A DNA stretch of 64,000 nucleotides from Macrostomum lignano (GCA_002269645.1 NIVC01000768.1:124001-188000); one strand, 5' to 3'; counted from the first letter of the stretch, positions 12,350-25,995 are shown. Numbers and translations: made by a program. The notes: generated by a model not told the origin, from the sequence alone.

Positions 12350-12357
12350 TATAAATA
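12350..12357 (+). promoter_or_regulatory. TATA box of the secreted peptide gene
   Basis: TATAAATA about 90 nt upstream of the ATG. Confidence 0.7.
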
Positions 12358-12446
12358 AAGGCACGGCTGGCCGAGTCAAAACCATATTCATCAACTAACT
12401 AGAACAAGCCTTCCACATCAGCGCCAAAGCACACAACAGCACAGCC

Positions 12447-12734
12447 ATGTACAAGCTCGCCTGCCTGTTCGCTCTCGTGGCCTTCGCCGCCGCCTCCTAC
12501 ACCCCTGAGCAGAAGAATGAGGTCATTAACGACATCATTCACGAGGTCGTGCCCGTGCTGAGCATCGACACCAACTGCCTGCAGCAGAACGGCATCAGCT
12601 CCGCGACCTGCCTGATCTCCAACCTGATCACCTGCTTCTTCTCCGGCGGCACCAACATCAGCAAGCTGGCCACCTGCCTGGCCAGCAAGTGCGGTGGCAG
12701 CGCCATCCAGATCATCAGCTGCATCAAGCTGTAA
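12447..12734 (+). CDS. Intronless secreted six-cysteine peptide, unknown family
   Basis: Signal peptide MYKLACLFALVAFAAAS; Cys spacing C-10-C-7-C-13-C-4-C-9-C; very high GC3; TATA upstream and AATAAA at about 12767. Confidence 0.85.
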   Translation: MYKLACLFALVAFAAASYTPEQKNEVINDIIHEVVPVLSIDTNCLQQNGISSATCLISNLITCFFSGGTNISKLATCLASKCGGSAIQIISCIKL

Positions 12735-13055
12735 AATAGTTCGAATAACCCGAACTGTCCTGTGCTAAATAAACAAACGCGATCAAGACTTGTTTGGTGT
12801 TTGATCGGAGGCACCGATTAAAACAAAAACATTTGTGTTTGTTATTTGCATACTTCTCTTCCTGCTAGAAGCTTCGTTTTTATAGTAGCAATCTACTTAA
12901 GAGATGAGCCCATAGGATAGTTAATAATATTATGAGATCCTATCCTATTCTCCGGGAATTGAGATAGAATTCAGCAGTTTAAAGCTGAAGCTGAAAGTAG
13001 AATTCTATTTTCTACTTACAATAGTAGAAAATAGAAATATTGCATGGGGTGCCCA

Positions 13056-13225
13056 CATGGATGAATGAATAGAATGGATTGCTATTCTGGCTCTGGCTAT
13101 TTTCGTTTTTGACTCTTTTGCATCCGGTTCCCCCCCGTGCCTTTTCATTGGTTGATGATTGCCATAGACAATTTTCGGCCTTCGCCGAATTCTATTCATA
13201 GAAAAATTCTATTCATTCATCCATG
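13056..13225. mobile_element. 170-bp inverted-repeat element with P-element-like ends
   Basis: Perfect 20-bp TIR CATGGATGAATGAATAGAAT; no TSD found. Confidence 0.55.
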
Positions 13226-13540
13226 GCTAGGAGGGGGAGAGTGAGAATGGGGGTGTGGGGCAAAGCCCCCACTTTCTACAATGAAATGTAAATAAATTTT
13301 TGTCTATGGCCCACATCGACATTAATATGCACTGTAGTTTTTTGACCCCATAAAGAGGGAGACCATGGACTTCTATACTTAGCATCTGGACTGGAAGCGA
13401 AAAAATTCTCGCAAAAAAATTACCACATGAGGCCAATTGTTTCCATAGATATGCATTTATCAAAAACTGCTGCGGCTTATATCGAATACAACTAAATTCA
13501 CTTTCTTCATTTGACTCTGCATAATGAAAGCATATCCTTC

Positions 13541-14400
13541 GTTATGGTGAATAAGTGTTCGGCATTCGGCTGCAGGAGTGGCTTCGCTAATAGTTCGACA
13601 CCAGACAGGACTGTGACGTTTCCACTTAACAAGCCGAGTCTACTGGAAAAATGGAACAAGGCGAATCCGAGGAAGGACTTTGAACCCACCAAGTACTCTC
13701 GCATCTGCTCACTGCATTTCACATCTGAGGACTTCGTTGAGTCAACACAAGACAACAATTTCACTCGCAAAGCGAAGAAAGGCCAGCTGGCTAAGCGTTA
13801 TCTGAGACAAGATGCGGTGCCAACTATTTTTCCAAACGCACCATCATACCTTTCCTCTGTCCGCCCAGCAGCTCGGATCACATGCACTGCGACATCATCT
13901 GCGCGTATGGAGGCGGAAAAAAGGCGCCTGGATGCAGATCAGATTTCCGACTTCTTTGCCACTGATTCAATTATCGATTGCTCGCCACGAGAAATTCAAG
14001 AACTGCTAGATTCTGAGGGGACGAGGCCAAGATGGGTTTCAAACTGCAATTTGCAACGAGTTCCTGTGCATCTTCATGCTGGAGCAGAAGCATGTCTGCC
14101 AGGTAGCGTGCTCCATCTGCATTGCACCGAATCACAAGGTCTCCATTGGTCTGAATGGCTCAGCGCTGTCGCAAGGCAAGGTCGTAGAATTGGTTGGCAC
14201 GGATGGAAGTGTAAGTGGAGCAGTTGCTAAGAATTTTGTGCAAAGGAAGCGAGGATGCGCGTCTTGCAGCGTCTGCTCGACTCTGACAACCTACAGCCCC
14301 TTGATAGTGATGAAGAAATCCAGACCACGGCAATCGACTTCTTGGGGGAGATCAATCGGGGTGGCCTGTCTAAGCCGTCGATGGTCGCCTTTTGGCCAGC
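13541..14400 (+). pseudogene. Internally deleted THAP/P-element-type transposase
   Basis: Complete C2CH THAP domain (CSAFGC, W, ICSLHF, AVPTIFP) joined to a P-type C-terminal motif, INRGGLSKPS; no catalytic core. Confidence 0.75.
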
Positions 14401-14543
14401 ATTATATTTAGCCAGCATTATATACAAGCCAGCATTATATTTAGCAACCAACAACTCACACGACAACGAAACTTACATACTCTACTAATTGTATGATTCA
14501 ATTCAAACAGTTTACGGATGAGAGTTCTTACATGTACATCCTC

Positions 14544-15870
14544 TTAGTCACGGAACGTTATTTCCAGCCGCCCATCTTCAACGACAATAGACTTGACACC
14601 TCGACGACGCCCGTCTGTGACTCGATCGGCGCCGACTTGCACCGACGATTCACCAGCTGACGCCGAGACAGCGCGAGTTTGCTCAGACGGTTCAACAGAC
14701 GAGGCTGATGATCCAGACGAGACAGAAACGTTCTGCAGAACATCAGAGGCCAGTCGAGCAACTTTAGCTGATGGCCCGATGTATCGCTCCATCGCAGATG
14801 AAGAATGACCGGTAAAACGAGCAATTTCTGGCCTTGAAATTCCAGCATCCCGAAGCGTGGTGGCACAGGTCTTTCTAAGACTCTGATTCGTGTAGCGCCC
14901 TGAACTTGGTTCAGGTAGACCAACAAGCAGATTCCGAACAACAGCTTCCAAACTGTGGACACCAAGCGATTGATTTTGGTACCACTTGCCGGAGCGAATA
15001 GTGTCATCCTTGCGGATGCACGATAGAAATAGCTGCGGCTTAGAGCAGTCTGGCGGACGATAACCAACGTACTTCTTATACAGACACACTAGGCAACGAA
15101 CGTGACCGGGAGTATGAAACACTGAATTTTGCTTGAGCGGCCTATTAAATGTCTTCAAACCACCAGGCCTTGTCTTTGAAACGGAACTCTCTTTGTACAC
15201 GAGAACCTCGTCCGTTCCCTCGATAGATAGCTGCAGCTGCTTGTTGATTTCGAGCCTGTGTAACTCACTACCGCCTCGCAATCCAAAGACTTTACCGATC
15301 ATGAATATTAGGGTGTTGAGTAGCACCTTCGGAGAATCATCTCCTAATAGACCTCGCTCCCATAAGATATTCTCACTATCCGAAGCAATTGGTGCAGCTG
15401 TCCGCCCACCATTTAATTGTCCTTCCCGGGCGGTCTCTCGCATGGCAGCATCTAGCGCACGTCGCGTTTCAGCGAACTCGGCATTAGTCCAGATGGAAAG
15501 AGTCCGTTTAAGTCCGTAAACAAAGTGGTGCTGGATCATGGAGACTAGATCTTTGATGGTGCCAGGTGGAAACTTTTCTCCATTCTCTTTACTAACTTCG
15601 AACACAAAATACTGGAGCAAATGGTTCAGGTCGGATTTTGTTAGATCCTCGGTTGGCTTGAGAACCATAAGTCCCGACTCTTCGCCTGCCAATTGACGAT
15701 TGACGCGCGTCTCTTTCCATAGATTAAATAACTTCATTGCCCATTTTTCCTTCGTTTGGGTAGCGGCAGGCAAACTTTCTTTGATTCTTTTTTTTAGAGC
15801 AGCTTCGTCCAGGGACTCAGCAGAAACTCGAGTTGTCGACTCTATTCCGACAGCAGCAAAGAAAGCGTCA
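14544..15870 (-). CDS. Crypton-type tyrosine recombinase (DUF3504-like, CryptonA-like)
   Basis: GLRGGSE (R), TNQSLR (HxxR with H>Q), TGHSS and Y. The frame is open from about 15870 to the stop at 14544; an in-frame TGA lies just upstream. Confidence 0.9.
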
Positions 15871-16095
15871 AAATTGAGGTCTTCTCAGCCATATTCCATA
15901 TTGTATTGTATAAGAAGCGACTCTGAATTTGGCTTTTACTTTTTGCCACCACTGATTGACTGGCTGCTTCGTGACTGCATCTTCGTGAGAAACGTATTTG
16001 ATTTGTCTATGGTCGGAATCAAATGGCCTAAGCCTATAATGTCTATCAATCAGATGGGATGCCCTCGAAAAATAAGATATCGAAGTTCATATATG

Positions 16096-16240
16096 ATAAA
16101 CGCCGCTTAATTCACCATAGTCTGTGGTTAGAATATCCTCGGCTACAATCAATGGTCCTCGGCTCGCTTTGCTCGCCTCGGAACCATTAAATGCAGCCTC
16201 GGACATTCTAACCACAGAATGTGAAATAAACGGCGTTTAT
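16096..16240. repeat. 145-bp imperfect palindrome upstream of the recombinase (probable Crypton end structure)
   Basis: Arms ATAAACGCCG..CTGTGGTTAGAAT and their reverse complement; centre CCTCGGCTCGCTTTGCTCGCCTCGG. Confidence 0.8.
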
Positions 16241-17204
16241 TATTTACCTATTGTCCTAGCACTGGTATAAATGGGGAGTATATACCATATTTTTCTATTA
16301 TTTTTATGTTGGCTACTAGTAAGCTTGAAACTTCCATATTAAAAAGGAAGTGCTTATCCCCACGGTCCCGTGCTGATAATTCCAATTTTATTCACACCCC
16401 ACGGCAGCCTATTGAAATAGCTACCACAATTCAAGTCTTTAGGCCGTGTCAATAAAATTCCTATTTTATCCACACGGATCTGTGTCGATAATTTTCAGCT
16501 TATCCCAACGGCAGCTTGTTGAAATAGAGCACCTTCAAATGAATCTGTTCAAGATCTCAGAGTTCCTTCTGCATCTGGTATTTACATAAAACCGTCTTTT
16601 TGTTTTCACTATTGCATAAATGATGAGGACGCGTCTTTTTTCAATCTTAAAACCGCACATTTTGCTCCGATGCGCTTTTTCCCCTACCGTCAGTAGGCTA
16701 GCTTAGGAATTTCTCTCTATTCTCTCATTTAGGCTGAGTCCTATGTCATTTTATGACATTACTATTAATTATGTTAGAGGCTTAATGTACTTCCCTTAGG
16801 ATTCTAATTTTGGGTTGTTTACGCATCTCTGAAGGTCAGGCTATCCAGGTCTGAAGTGGTTTGACCTCTAACAGTCTAGACAGGCGACACTAAGTCTGGG
16901 AGGAATGTTTTTAATCTCATTCTGACCCCCTGATTTGTGACTTTTTCAATATTTTTAATAATTTACTGCGGTTTGGCTGTCACTTTTGGCTCCAGCCTGT
17001 CTGGGTCAAGGAGGTCTTTCCAGCCTCCTCCCCACTCGCTCTTTTACCTTCTCCTTTGATTTATGGGCTTTTTGCAGTCACTTTTGGCGCCAGGATGTCT
17101 AGACAAGTGACCTTTATTCGGTTTTGCTCATGATTTATGACCGCGCCTGTCAACTTCCCGGGGGTCTGAACGCCACCTGGTGGGGTGGGTTTTGGGGTCT
17201 TGAG

Positions 17205-17345
17205 CTCAGCCAATCAGAGTCGACCTGACCGACCCCGGCTCGACCAATCAGAAAATTCGGCGCCGATTTTTTAACAAAGGCCCTCAGCCAATAGGAAAAT
17301 TTGGCGCTCGTTATAACAAATCGGCCGCGTGAGATCTATAAAAGT
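17205..17345 (+). promoter_or_regulatory. Triple CCAAT plus TATA promoter-like module (possible LTR relic)
   Basis: CCAATCAG twice, CCAATAGG, then TATAAAA at about 17337; no downstream ORF. Confidence 0.45.
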
Positions 17346-17936
17346 CGGCATGTCGGCCCGCGCTCGAGTACCCTTCCTCCTTTCTGGGACCTCCCTTCTT
17401 TTTGGTCCCTGGCAATCTTGGACTTTTCGGGGCAGAGCTCCCTCCAACGCTCGCCCTTCGGCCGAGGTCACTCGTGATTATCTTCCCCCGGCCTGCGCCC
17501 TAAGATCAGCAACAGCAATCGGCAAGTGAAGAGTAACGGCGGCACTCGTCAGTTAGGATCAGCATCAGCATCCCGTCCGAGCGCTTCGGTCTCTGTGGAA
17601 TCCTTGGCTACCGGCAGATAGGTCCTCTGATTGGTTGGGTGAGAGGCTCTCTTGACCTGCTTAACTGGGTGCGCCCTTTGTCTGACCCCTTCCTAGGTAG
17701 TCTGATAGGATTTGCACTTTTGCTTACTTGCTTTTTGTGTGCCAAACTCGAGGCAGAAGTTACTTTTAATACTAAAAGTAGCTATTTGCTCTGACTCAAT
17801 CTAAGGCGTTTAGGATTGCGGATTAAGTAAAAAAGTTAAATCTAGAAGTTTTAGATCTACTTGTAGATCCCAAAAGCAAGGTCAGAATGAGCTGATTTTG
17901 CACAGATCTTCCCCAGGGCAACACCATTACCTACAG

Positions 17937-19475
<1,539 letters not shown>

Positions 19476-19807
19476 AAAGTGAACTCAGACAAGCCGTGTT
19501 AATCTTTTTGTGACTCACGAAATTTATCAGAATCCACCAGATGAAGCTCTTAGCTATGCAGTTTCAAAGATAGAATCTTAACCGATTTTCTGGCATTGCA
19601 ATTTACTGTTTCAAGAAATATGATTTTCTGTGACAAACATAATATTGTCAGTTTGAGACTTTTATTGAGATCAAAATTTGGCAGTCTTCTCAATCCGATG
19701 AGAATCATCAGTCGTCATCCTTTTCTCCACGAGGCTTGCCCTTGCCCTTGCCCTTGCCCTTGCCCTTGGAGCCGCGCTTTTTGTTGAGCCTGCAATATTT
19801 GGGGGCA

Positions 19808-20229
19808 GCATGGTTCAATATGGTTCAGCATGGTTCAATATGGTTCAGTATGGTTCAATATGGTTCAATATGGTTCAGCATGGTTCAATATGGTTCAGAA
19901 TGGTTCAATATGGTTCAATATGGTTCAGCATGGTTCAGTATGATTCAGCATGGTTCAATATGGTTCAGTATGGTTCAGTATGGTTCAGCATGGTTCAGTA
20001 TGGTTCAGTATGGTTCAGTATGGTTCAGTATGGTTCAATATGGTTCAGTATGGTTCAGTTTGGTTCAATATGGTTCAGTATGGTTCAATATGGTTCAATA
20101 TGGTTCAGTATGGTTCAGTATGATTCAGTATGGTTCAGTATGGTTCAGTATGGTTCAATATGGTTCAGTATGGTTCAGTATGGTTCAATATGGTTCAGCA
20201 TGGTTCAGTATGGTTCAGTATGGTTCAGT
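19808..20229. repeat. 10-bp satellite (ATGGTTCAGT/ATGGTTCAAT)
   Basis: Direct inspection. Confidence 0.97.
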
Positions 20230-20530
20230 TGATGGAGATGTAGGGTTTACTCACACAAGGCTGTATAGTTGATGGAGATGTAGGGTTTACTCACACAAAA
20301 TTTGCGGTTTTTTGAATGAATTACATTGCACATTCTACTTGTAATTACTATTTAAACCTATCATTTTCAGCCGAGAAAATGAACCAGCAAGAAAAACTGA
20401 ACTTTTTCCTCCACAAATTGAAACTTGGCAACTCAGCCGCTGCTGCAGCGGGGCTTGGGAGGTGCTGGCGCGGACCCAGCTACAGCCCAAACATTTGATC
20501 AGCAAAAAGCTCGCAAACTAAGACGGATTG

Positions 20531-21360
20531 TCTGTTCAATCGGCTCCATTGCATTTCAAACACATCATTTTCTGTTCAATCATCTGCATTGCATTTCAAA
20601 CACATCATTTTCTGTTCAATCATCTGCATTGCATTTCAAACACATCATTTTCTGTTCAATCATCTGCATTGCATTTCAAACACATCATTTTCTGTTCAAT
20701 CATCTGCATTGCATTTCAAACACATCGTTTTCTGTTCAATCATCTGCATTGCATTTCAAACACATCATTTTCTGTTCAACTGTCTCCATTGCATTTCAAA
20801 CACATCATTTTCTGTTCAATCGGCTCCATTGCATTTCAAACACATCATTTTCTGTTCAATCGGCTCCATTGCATTTCAAACACACCATTTTCTGTTCAAT
20901 CATCTGCATTGCATTTCAAACACATCATTTTCTGTTCAACTGTCTCCATTGCATTTCAAACACATCATTTTCTGTTCAACTGTCTCCATTGCATTTCAAA
21001 CACATCATTTTCTGTTCAATCGGCTCCATTGCATTTCAAACACATCATTTTCTGTTCAATCGGCTCCATTGCATTTCAAACACACCATTTTCTGTTCAAT
21101 CATCTGCATTGCATTTCAAACACATCATTTTCTGTTCAACTGTCTCCATTGCATTTCAAACACATCATTTTCTGTTCAATTGGCTCCATTGCATTTCAAA
21201 CACATCATTTTCTGTTCAATCGGCTCCATTGCATTTCAAACACATCATTTTCTGTTCAATCGGCTCCATTGCATTTCAAACACACCATTTTCTGTTCAAT
21301 CATCTGCATTGCATTTCAAACACATCATTTTCTGTTCAATCGGCTCCATTGCATTTCAAA
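20531..21360. repeat. 40-bp minisatellite
   Basis: Unit CATTGCATTTCAAACACATCATTTTCTGTTCAATCATCTG and variants. Confidence 0.97.
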
Positions 21361-21577
21361 CGCTCCAGTTGAGACCAGAACTCTATTTGTACAACAAATA
21401 CACTTGCAAAGTGCACCGGACCGCATCAGCAGCCAATCAAGTCACCCATGCTTCTCGGTATACATTCTGCCAGAGGGGGGCGAAGCCAAGTGGACAAGCG
21501 CGGCGCTCTGACGTGCCAGCGGCCCAGGCTCGATTCCAAGTGCCGTCACATTAATTTGTGGCTAAATTAGAATCTCG

Positions 21578-21800
21578 GCTTGGCTCTGCTCGTGCAGTTA
21601 ACGGACTTGAGGGCCAACCCCCAAGGCACAGTGAAGTGTACATGCCTAACGATAAATAAAGTTAGGGCCGCTGTACACTCCTGTGTGAGTGTGTGCCTGT
21701 GCGTATGACTGCGTACGTATCCGCGCGCTTGTGTGCCTGCTCAGGGGAGCCTCTCGCCCGTTGTGCCACAATGTCGCTTAAGGCTCGTTCACACTGCTAT
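21578..21800. repeat. Unclassified interspersed repeat (also about 40306-40480, 52085-52178 and partly 24540-24575)
   Basis: Shared GAGGGCCAACCCCCAAG, AGTGTACATGCCTAACGAT and CTGCTCAGGGGAG motifs. Confidence 0.75.
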
Positions 21801-22000
21801 CAAATAAGGCAAGATCTGTTATTATAAAGACCCTAGCAAGACAGACTTAACACGACGCTGCGATAGTTCGGCATTGTGCAAGCGGCGCGCTTCAATAAAA
21901 AAGCCTGTTGATTAAAGTCAGTTGTATTTTAAGCTGACAGAGTACTAACCAAACTGTACACACCAGTTGCTCAGTCCAAAGAAATGCTTTCTACTTTGCT

Positions 22001-23780
22001 TCAACGTCCAATTAGCTGACTTGGCGGTCCGGGCAGGGGGGCGCGGCCCCAGGACTGCTGCTGCATGGAGACGGGCACTGCAGCATCGGCTGCGGAGGAT
22101 GGCGCAACAGCTGATCTCATCTGCTGTCTGGAAGAGCCCAGCTGATAGGCGAGCAGCAGGTATTGCTGCACAGTGACGGGATAGGTGTAGTCAATTGGTC
22201 CGGTAGCGGCCTGGGCCTGCAGGTGAGCCTGCAGAGCTTCGTTCGGATGTTCAACAGCAAAGGCGCGGTCGGGGAAAACTCCGCTGAAAAACTCTTTCAA
22301 CAATGGCCAGCCGAATTGCAGCCGGTTGCAGGGCCGGTACTCCGCTTCGACAAATACGCCTTTGACGCTGTGCGACTGCAGAGGTTGGTGGTTAACAGCA
22401 TGTTGCCGGTTGTGCAATCATGTTTGATAGCCACTTTGCTGAGGGATCAGAGAGCGATCCCAGATTGGGGCACAGGAGGAGACTCTAGATGCAGCTGTTA
22501 GATTAGAGGGCGATTCTAGATGCAGCTGTTAGATTAGAGGGCGATTCTAGATGCAGCTGTTGGATTAGATGGCAGCTAGATGCAGCTGTTGCTGGATTAG
22601 AGGGCGATTCTAGATGCAGCTGTTAGATTAGAGGGCAGCTAGATGCAGCTGTTGCTGGATTAGAGGGCGATTCTAGATACAGCTGTTGGATTAGAGGGCG
22701 ATTCTAGATGCAGTTGTTGGATTAGAGGGCGATTCTAGATGCAGCTGTTAGATTAGAGGGCGATTCTAGATGCAGCTGTTGGATTAGAGGGCGATTCTAG
22801 ATGCAGCTGTTGGATTAGATGGCAGCTAGATGCAGCTGTTGCTGGATTAGAGGGCGATTCTAGATGCAGCTGTTAGATTAGAGGGCAGCTAGATGCAGCT
22901 GTTGCTGGATTAGAGGGCGATTCTAGATGCAGCTGTTGGATTAGAGGGCGATTCTAGATGCAGTTGTTGGATTAGAGGGCGATTCTAGATGCAGCTGTTA
23001 GATTAGAGGGCGATTCTAGATGCAGCTGTTAGATTAGAGGGCAGCTAGATGCAGCTGTTGCTGGATTAGAGGGCGATTCTAGATGCAGCTGTTGGATTAG
23101 AGGGCGATTCTAGATGCAGTTGTTGGATTAGAGGGCGATTCTAGATGCAGCTGTTGGACTAGAGGGCGATTCTAGATGCAGCTGCTAGACTAAGGGGTGA
23201 TTCTAGATTAAGGGATGATTCTAAATGGAGAACCAGAGGCTATCCTAGCTGCATGCATCAGAAGATCAGGGAGAACACATTATAATTAAACGCAATCTAA
23301 TAGAGCCACTCGCCTGTTTGAACACGGCCGTGGCCAGCCGGACAGTGAAATCGGCCAGCCGGTATTTCGGACCCCGGCAGTGCACAGCCTGGCCGGGCTT
23401 GGCCTGGTACAGGGCGCGCAGCTGGCCAAGCAGCAGGCCGAACATGGAGTCGGCGCTGACTAGCGGGCCGGCCGCGGCTTCAATTGAAGATCCCGACGGC
23501 ACAATATAGGACGACACCGGCGCCTCCGATGAGGCCACAACGTGAAGAGTGCGCGGCTGCGGCTGCTGCTGGGAGGCCGGCTGCTGCTGTTGCTGCTGCT
23601 GCTGTACAGGCGTGTACACCTCCATGTCCAGACTGAACTGTCCGGACTCGCGCTCAGCGCCTAGGCGTTCTAGACGGCCAGACAGATCCTCGATTAGTTG
23701 CTGTCCGGACAGAGCTGGGCCGCTTGACAACGGCTGCTCACCGGCTGAGCCGGACTCAATGAAAGCCACAACAGTGACGC
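22001..23780 (-). CDS. MED20: Mediator subunit 20 (initiator exon not located)
   Basis: Exons 23780-23314 and 22375-22001. Motifs GVTVVAF, RLERLGAE, DFTVRLAT and KGVFVEAEYRPC..WPLLKEF. GC-AG intron. Confidence 0.85.
22480..23215. repeat. About 31-bp minisatellite in the MED20 intron
   Basis: Unit CTAGATGCAGCTGTTGGATTAGAGGGCGATT. Confidence 0.97.
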
Positions 23781-23825
23781 CCTGGAGTTTACAAATTTAT
23801 ACGTGAATTTTCTTCTTTTTAGAGA

Positions 23826-24045
23826 ATTATTATTATTATTAACTGATTACACCTGGGCCAGGACTGGAGGGTCGTCACACCCTCAATTACCCCAGCTAAT
23901 GCTGGCACCCATTTTACAGCTGGGTGAACTGAAGCAATGCAGAGTTAGTGTCTTGCTCAAGGGCACAAATTGTTCCAGTAGGATCGGGAATCGAACCCCC
24001 GACCTTCATGTCCGACGTCCATTGTCGATTGACCACGCGTGCAAG
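23826..24045 (-). mobile_element. CORE-type SINE, copy 2, with (TAA)n tail
   Basis: B box GGTTCGATTCCC; same core as 10945-11110. Confidence 0.85.
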
Positions 24046-24695
24046 ATTTCATTCCTGCACACTTATGCGTGCAGGATTGTAAGATAAGAACTGAGGACCA
24101 ATAGATAAAGTAGACAGTATACTATCGTGGAATTTAATGTTCTTCAGGCCGTCTCGCTTACTGTACATTTCACAGCCATCAATTATCGATCGTGCCCTAG
24201 ACCCACCTCCCCCAAGCCCTTCTGCGTCTGCCATAAAATATTTTCTACCCTTAGCCGCGCCTCTCTGTCTGACACCCCCTTCCGTGCACAGCCAGCCCTA
24301 AAAATTAAGTTAATTTGTCTACCTCCTAGACCTTATCCGATCGAGATTCATACCAGAGAGAGAGGGGCCCTCTGACAGTCAATTATTTTGATAAGCGCAG
24401 CATTTTGATAAAAATTCTTAATGTTACTATTTCGCCCCCTTGACCCCTCTCTATGCACTCACTCAAATTTATGATGCAACTTAATAGTCAATCGACAATG
24501 GGATTCCAGACAACGTGCCTGAGTACAGTATTGGCGCCTGTGTGCTCAGGAGTCTGCGGAATGGGCAGAATTTCCGTCATTGCTAATTAAGGGTCGGTAA
24601 ACAAGTATCGAGTGCTGCCATGCAAAACAGGTAAAGTAAATAAATTTTTTAAATCGAATAGCTCAGATAGGGTCATCGGACTGGGCCGCGACATA

Positions 24696-25995
24696 CGAGG
24701 GGAAGTCAAAAAGTAATGATAATTTTTCTCTCACGCCTAAAATATCAGAGTTATTGAACTGCAACTGGTTTCATTTGAAAAAACATCTTTTGATCTTTAT
24801 TTGACAGAGTTTTGGTTCTTCTAAAGTGATTGATGCCTGCATGGTGACACTCTAATCACAGTATATCCTTTCAGCAATGGAAAATTCAAAAATCGAAGCT
24901 CGTACTAACGTGACGTTTATTGTATAGCTTGGTTGGAAGCCAGCCGAAATCATTGACGCTTTGAAGAAGGTCTATGGGGACACTGCTCCACCAGATCCAA
25001 CCATTTATTGCTGGATTCAAGCTTTTAAGGAAGGCCGAGAGTCCACGGAAGACGCCCAGCGGTCGGGAAGGCCCACAACATCGCGCACAGGGGAAAGTGT
25101 GGCAGCTGTGCAGCCAGTGATTGAGCTGGATCGGCGCGTGACCATAGACAATATTGCTGACAAAGTGGGCATTGCTCATGGCAGTGCTCACTCCATTGTG
25201 ACGGACTGTCTTGGTCTGAGCAAGCTGAGTGCCCGCTGGGTCCCGAGGCTGTTGCGGCCTGAACACTGGGTTCAGCACACTGAGTGTGCCATCAACCTGC
25301 TGAACCGCTTGGACGCTGGTTCAGAAAACAGTTACCAGCGCTTAGTGACCGAGGATGAAACATGGATATTTCAGTACAATCCCGAGTCCAAGTTCCAATC
25401 CAAGGAGTGGCTGCCACGAGGTTCAGCAGGCCCCAAGAAGTTCCATGCGGAACAGTCTGCAGCGAAGGTCTTGGCGACGATTCTCTGGGATGTTGAGGGA
25501 GTGGTGATGGTGGACTTCTTGGAAAGCCAGAAGACCATCAATGCCACCTATTATGCGTCGCTTCTGCGAAAGCTCTGCACCGAACTGGCCAAAAAGCAAC
25601 CTGGCAAGCTGCACCTTGGGATTCTCTTTCACCACGACAATGCACCAGCCCACACTTCTCGGCTCTGCCATGAAGCCCTGCAAGATTTCCGCTGGGAAAT
25701 CCTCCAGCATCCTCCATATAGCCCTGGTTTGGCTCCATAGGACTTTTTTTGCTTCCCAAGCTGAAGGAAGCAATCAAAAGGAGACCAAAATGAGGACAAA
25801 GAGGCTGCCAAAAAGGCTACTGTACAGTGGCTTGTTGCACAGCCTCCTGAGTTCTATGTGAACGGCCTGGAGAGATGGCGACACCGCATGGAGAAGCGTC
25901 TGACCCTGGAGGGGGACTATGTAGAAAATTAGATTTCCATTTGAAGTTTGACACTCGTGACAACAAAATTATCATTACTTTTTGACTTCCCCTCG
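24696..25995 (+). mobile_element. Full-length mariner, transposase inactivated
   Basis: 31-bp perfect TIR CGAGGGGAAGTCAAAAAGTAATGATAATTTT with TA TSDs. Motifs WVPR, EDETW, HHDNA and YSPGLAP; in-frame TAG stops near both ends of the ORF. Confidence 0.97.

Noticed and set aside
15855-15885. Resemblance to a flatworm spliced-leader sequence (GAAGACCTCAATTT, minus strand)
   Set aside because: Short partial match inside the Crypton 5' region; no donor plus Sm-site architecture.
20380-20460. Mariner HTH-like peptide FFLHKLKLGNSAAAAA
   Set aside because: Too short; no TIR or downstream motifs.
20531-21360. CRISPR-like appearance of 20-40-bp arrays
   Set aside because: Units are head-to-tail without unique spacers, there are no cas genes, and the context is eukaryotic.
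19736-21554. Long ORFs such as MVQYGS.. and HFKHIIFCS..
   Set aside because: They are translations of 10-bp and 40-bp satellites; the same applies to the ORFs at 38145-38558, 50723-51426, 52034-53719 and 55388-56098.
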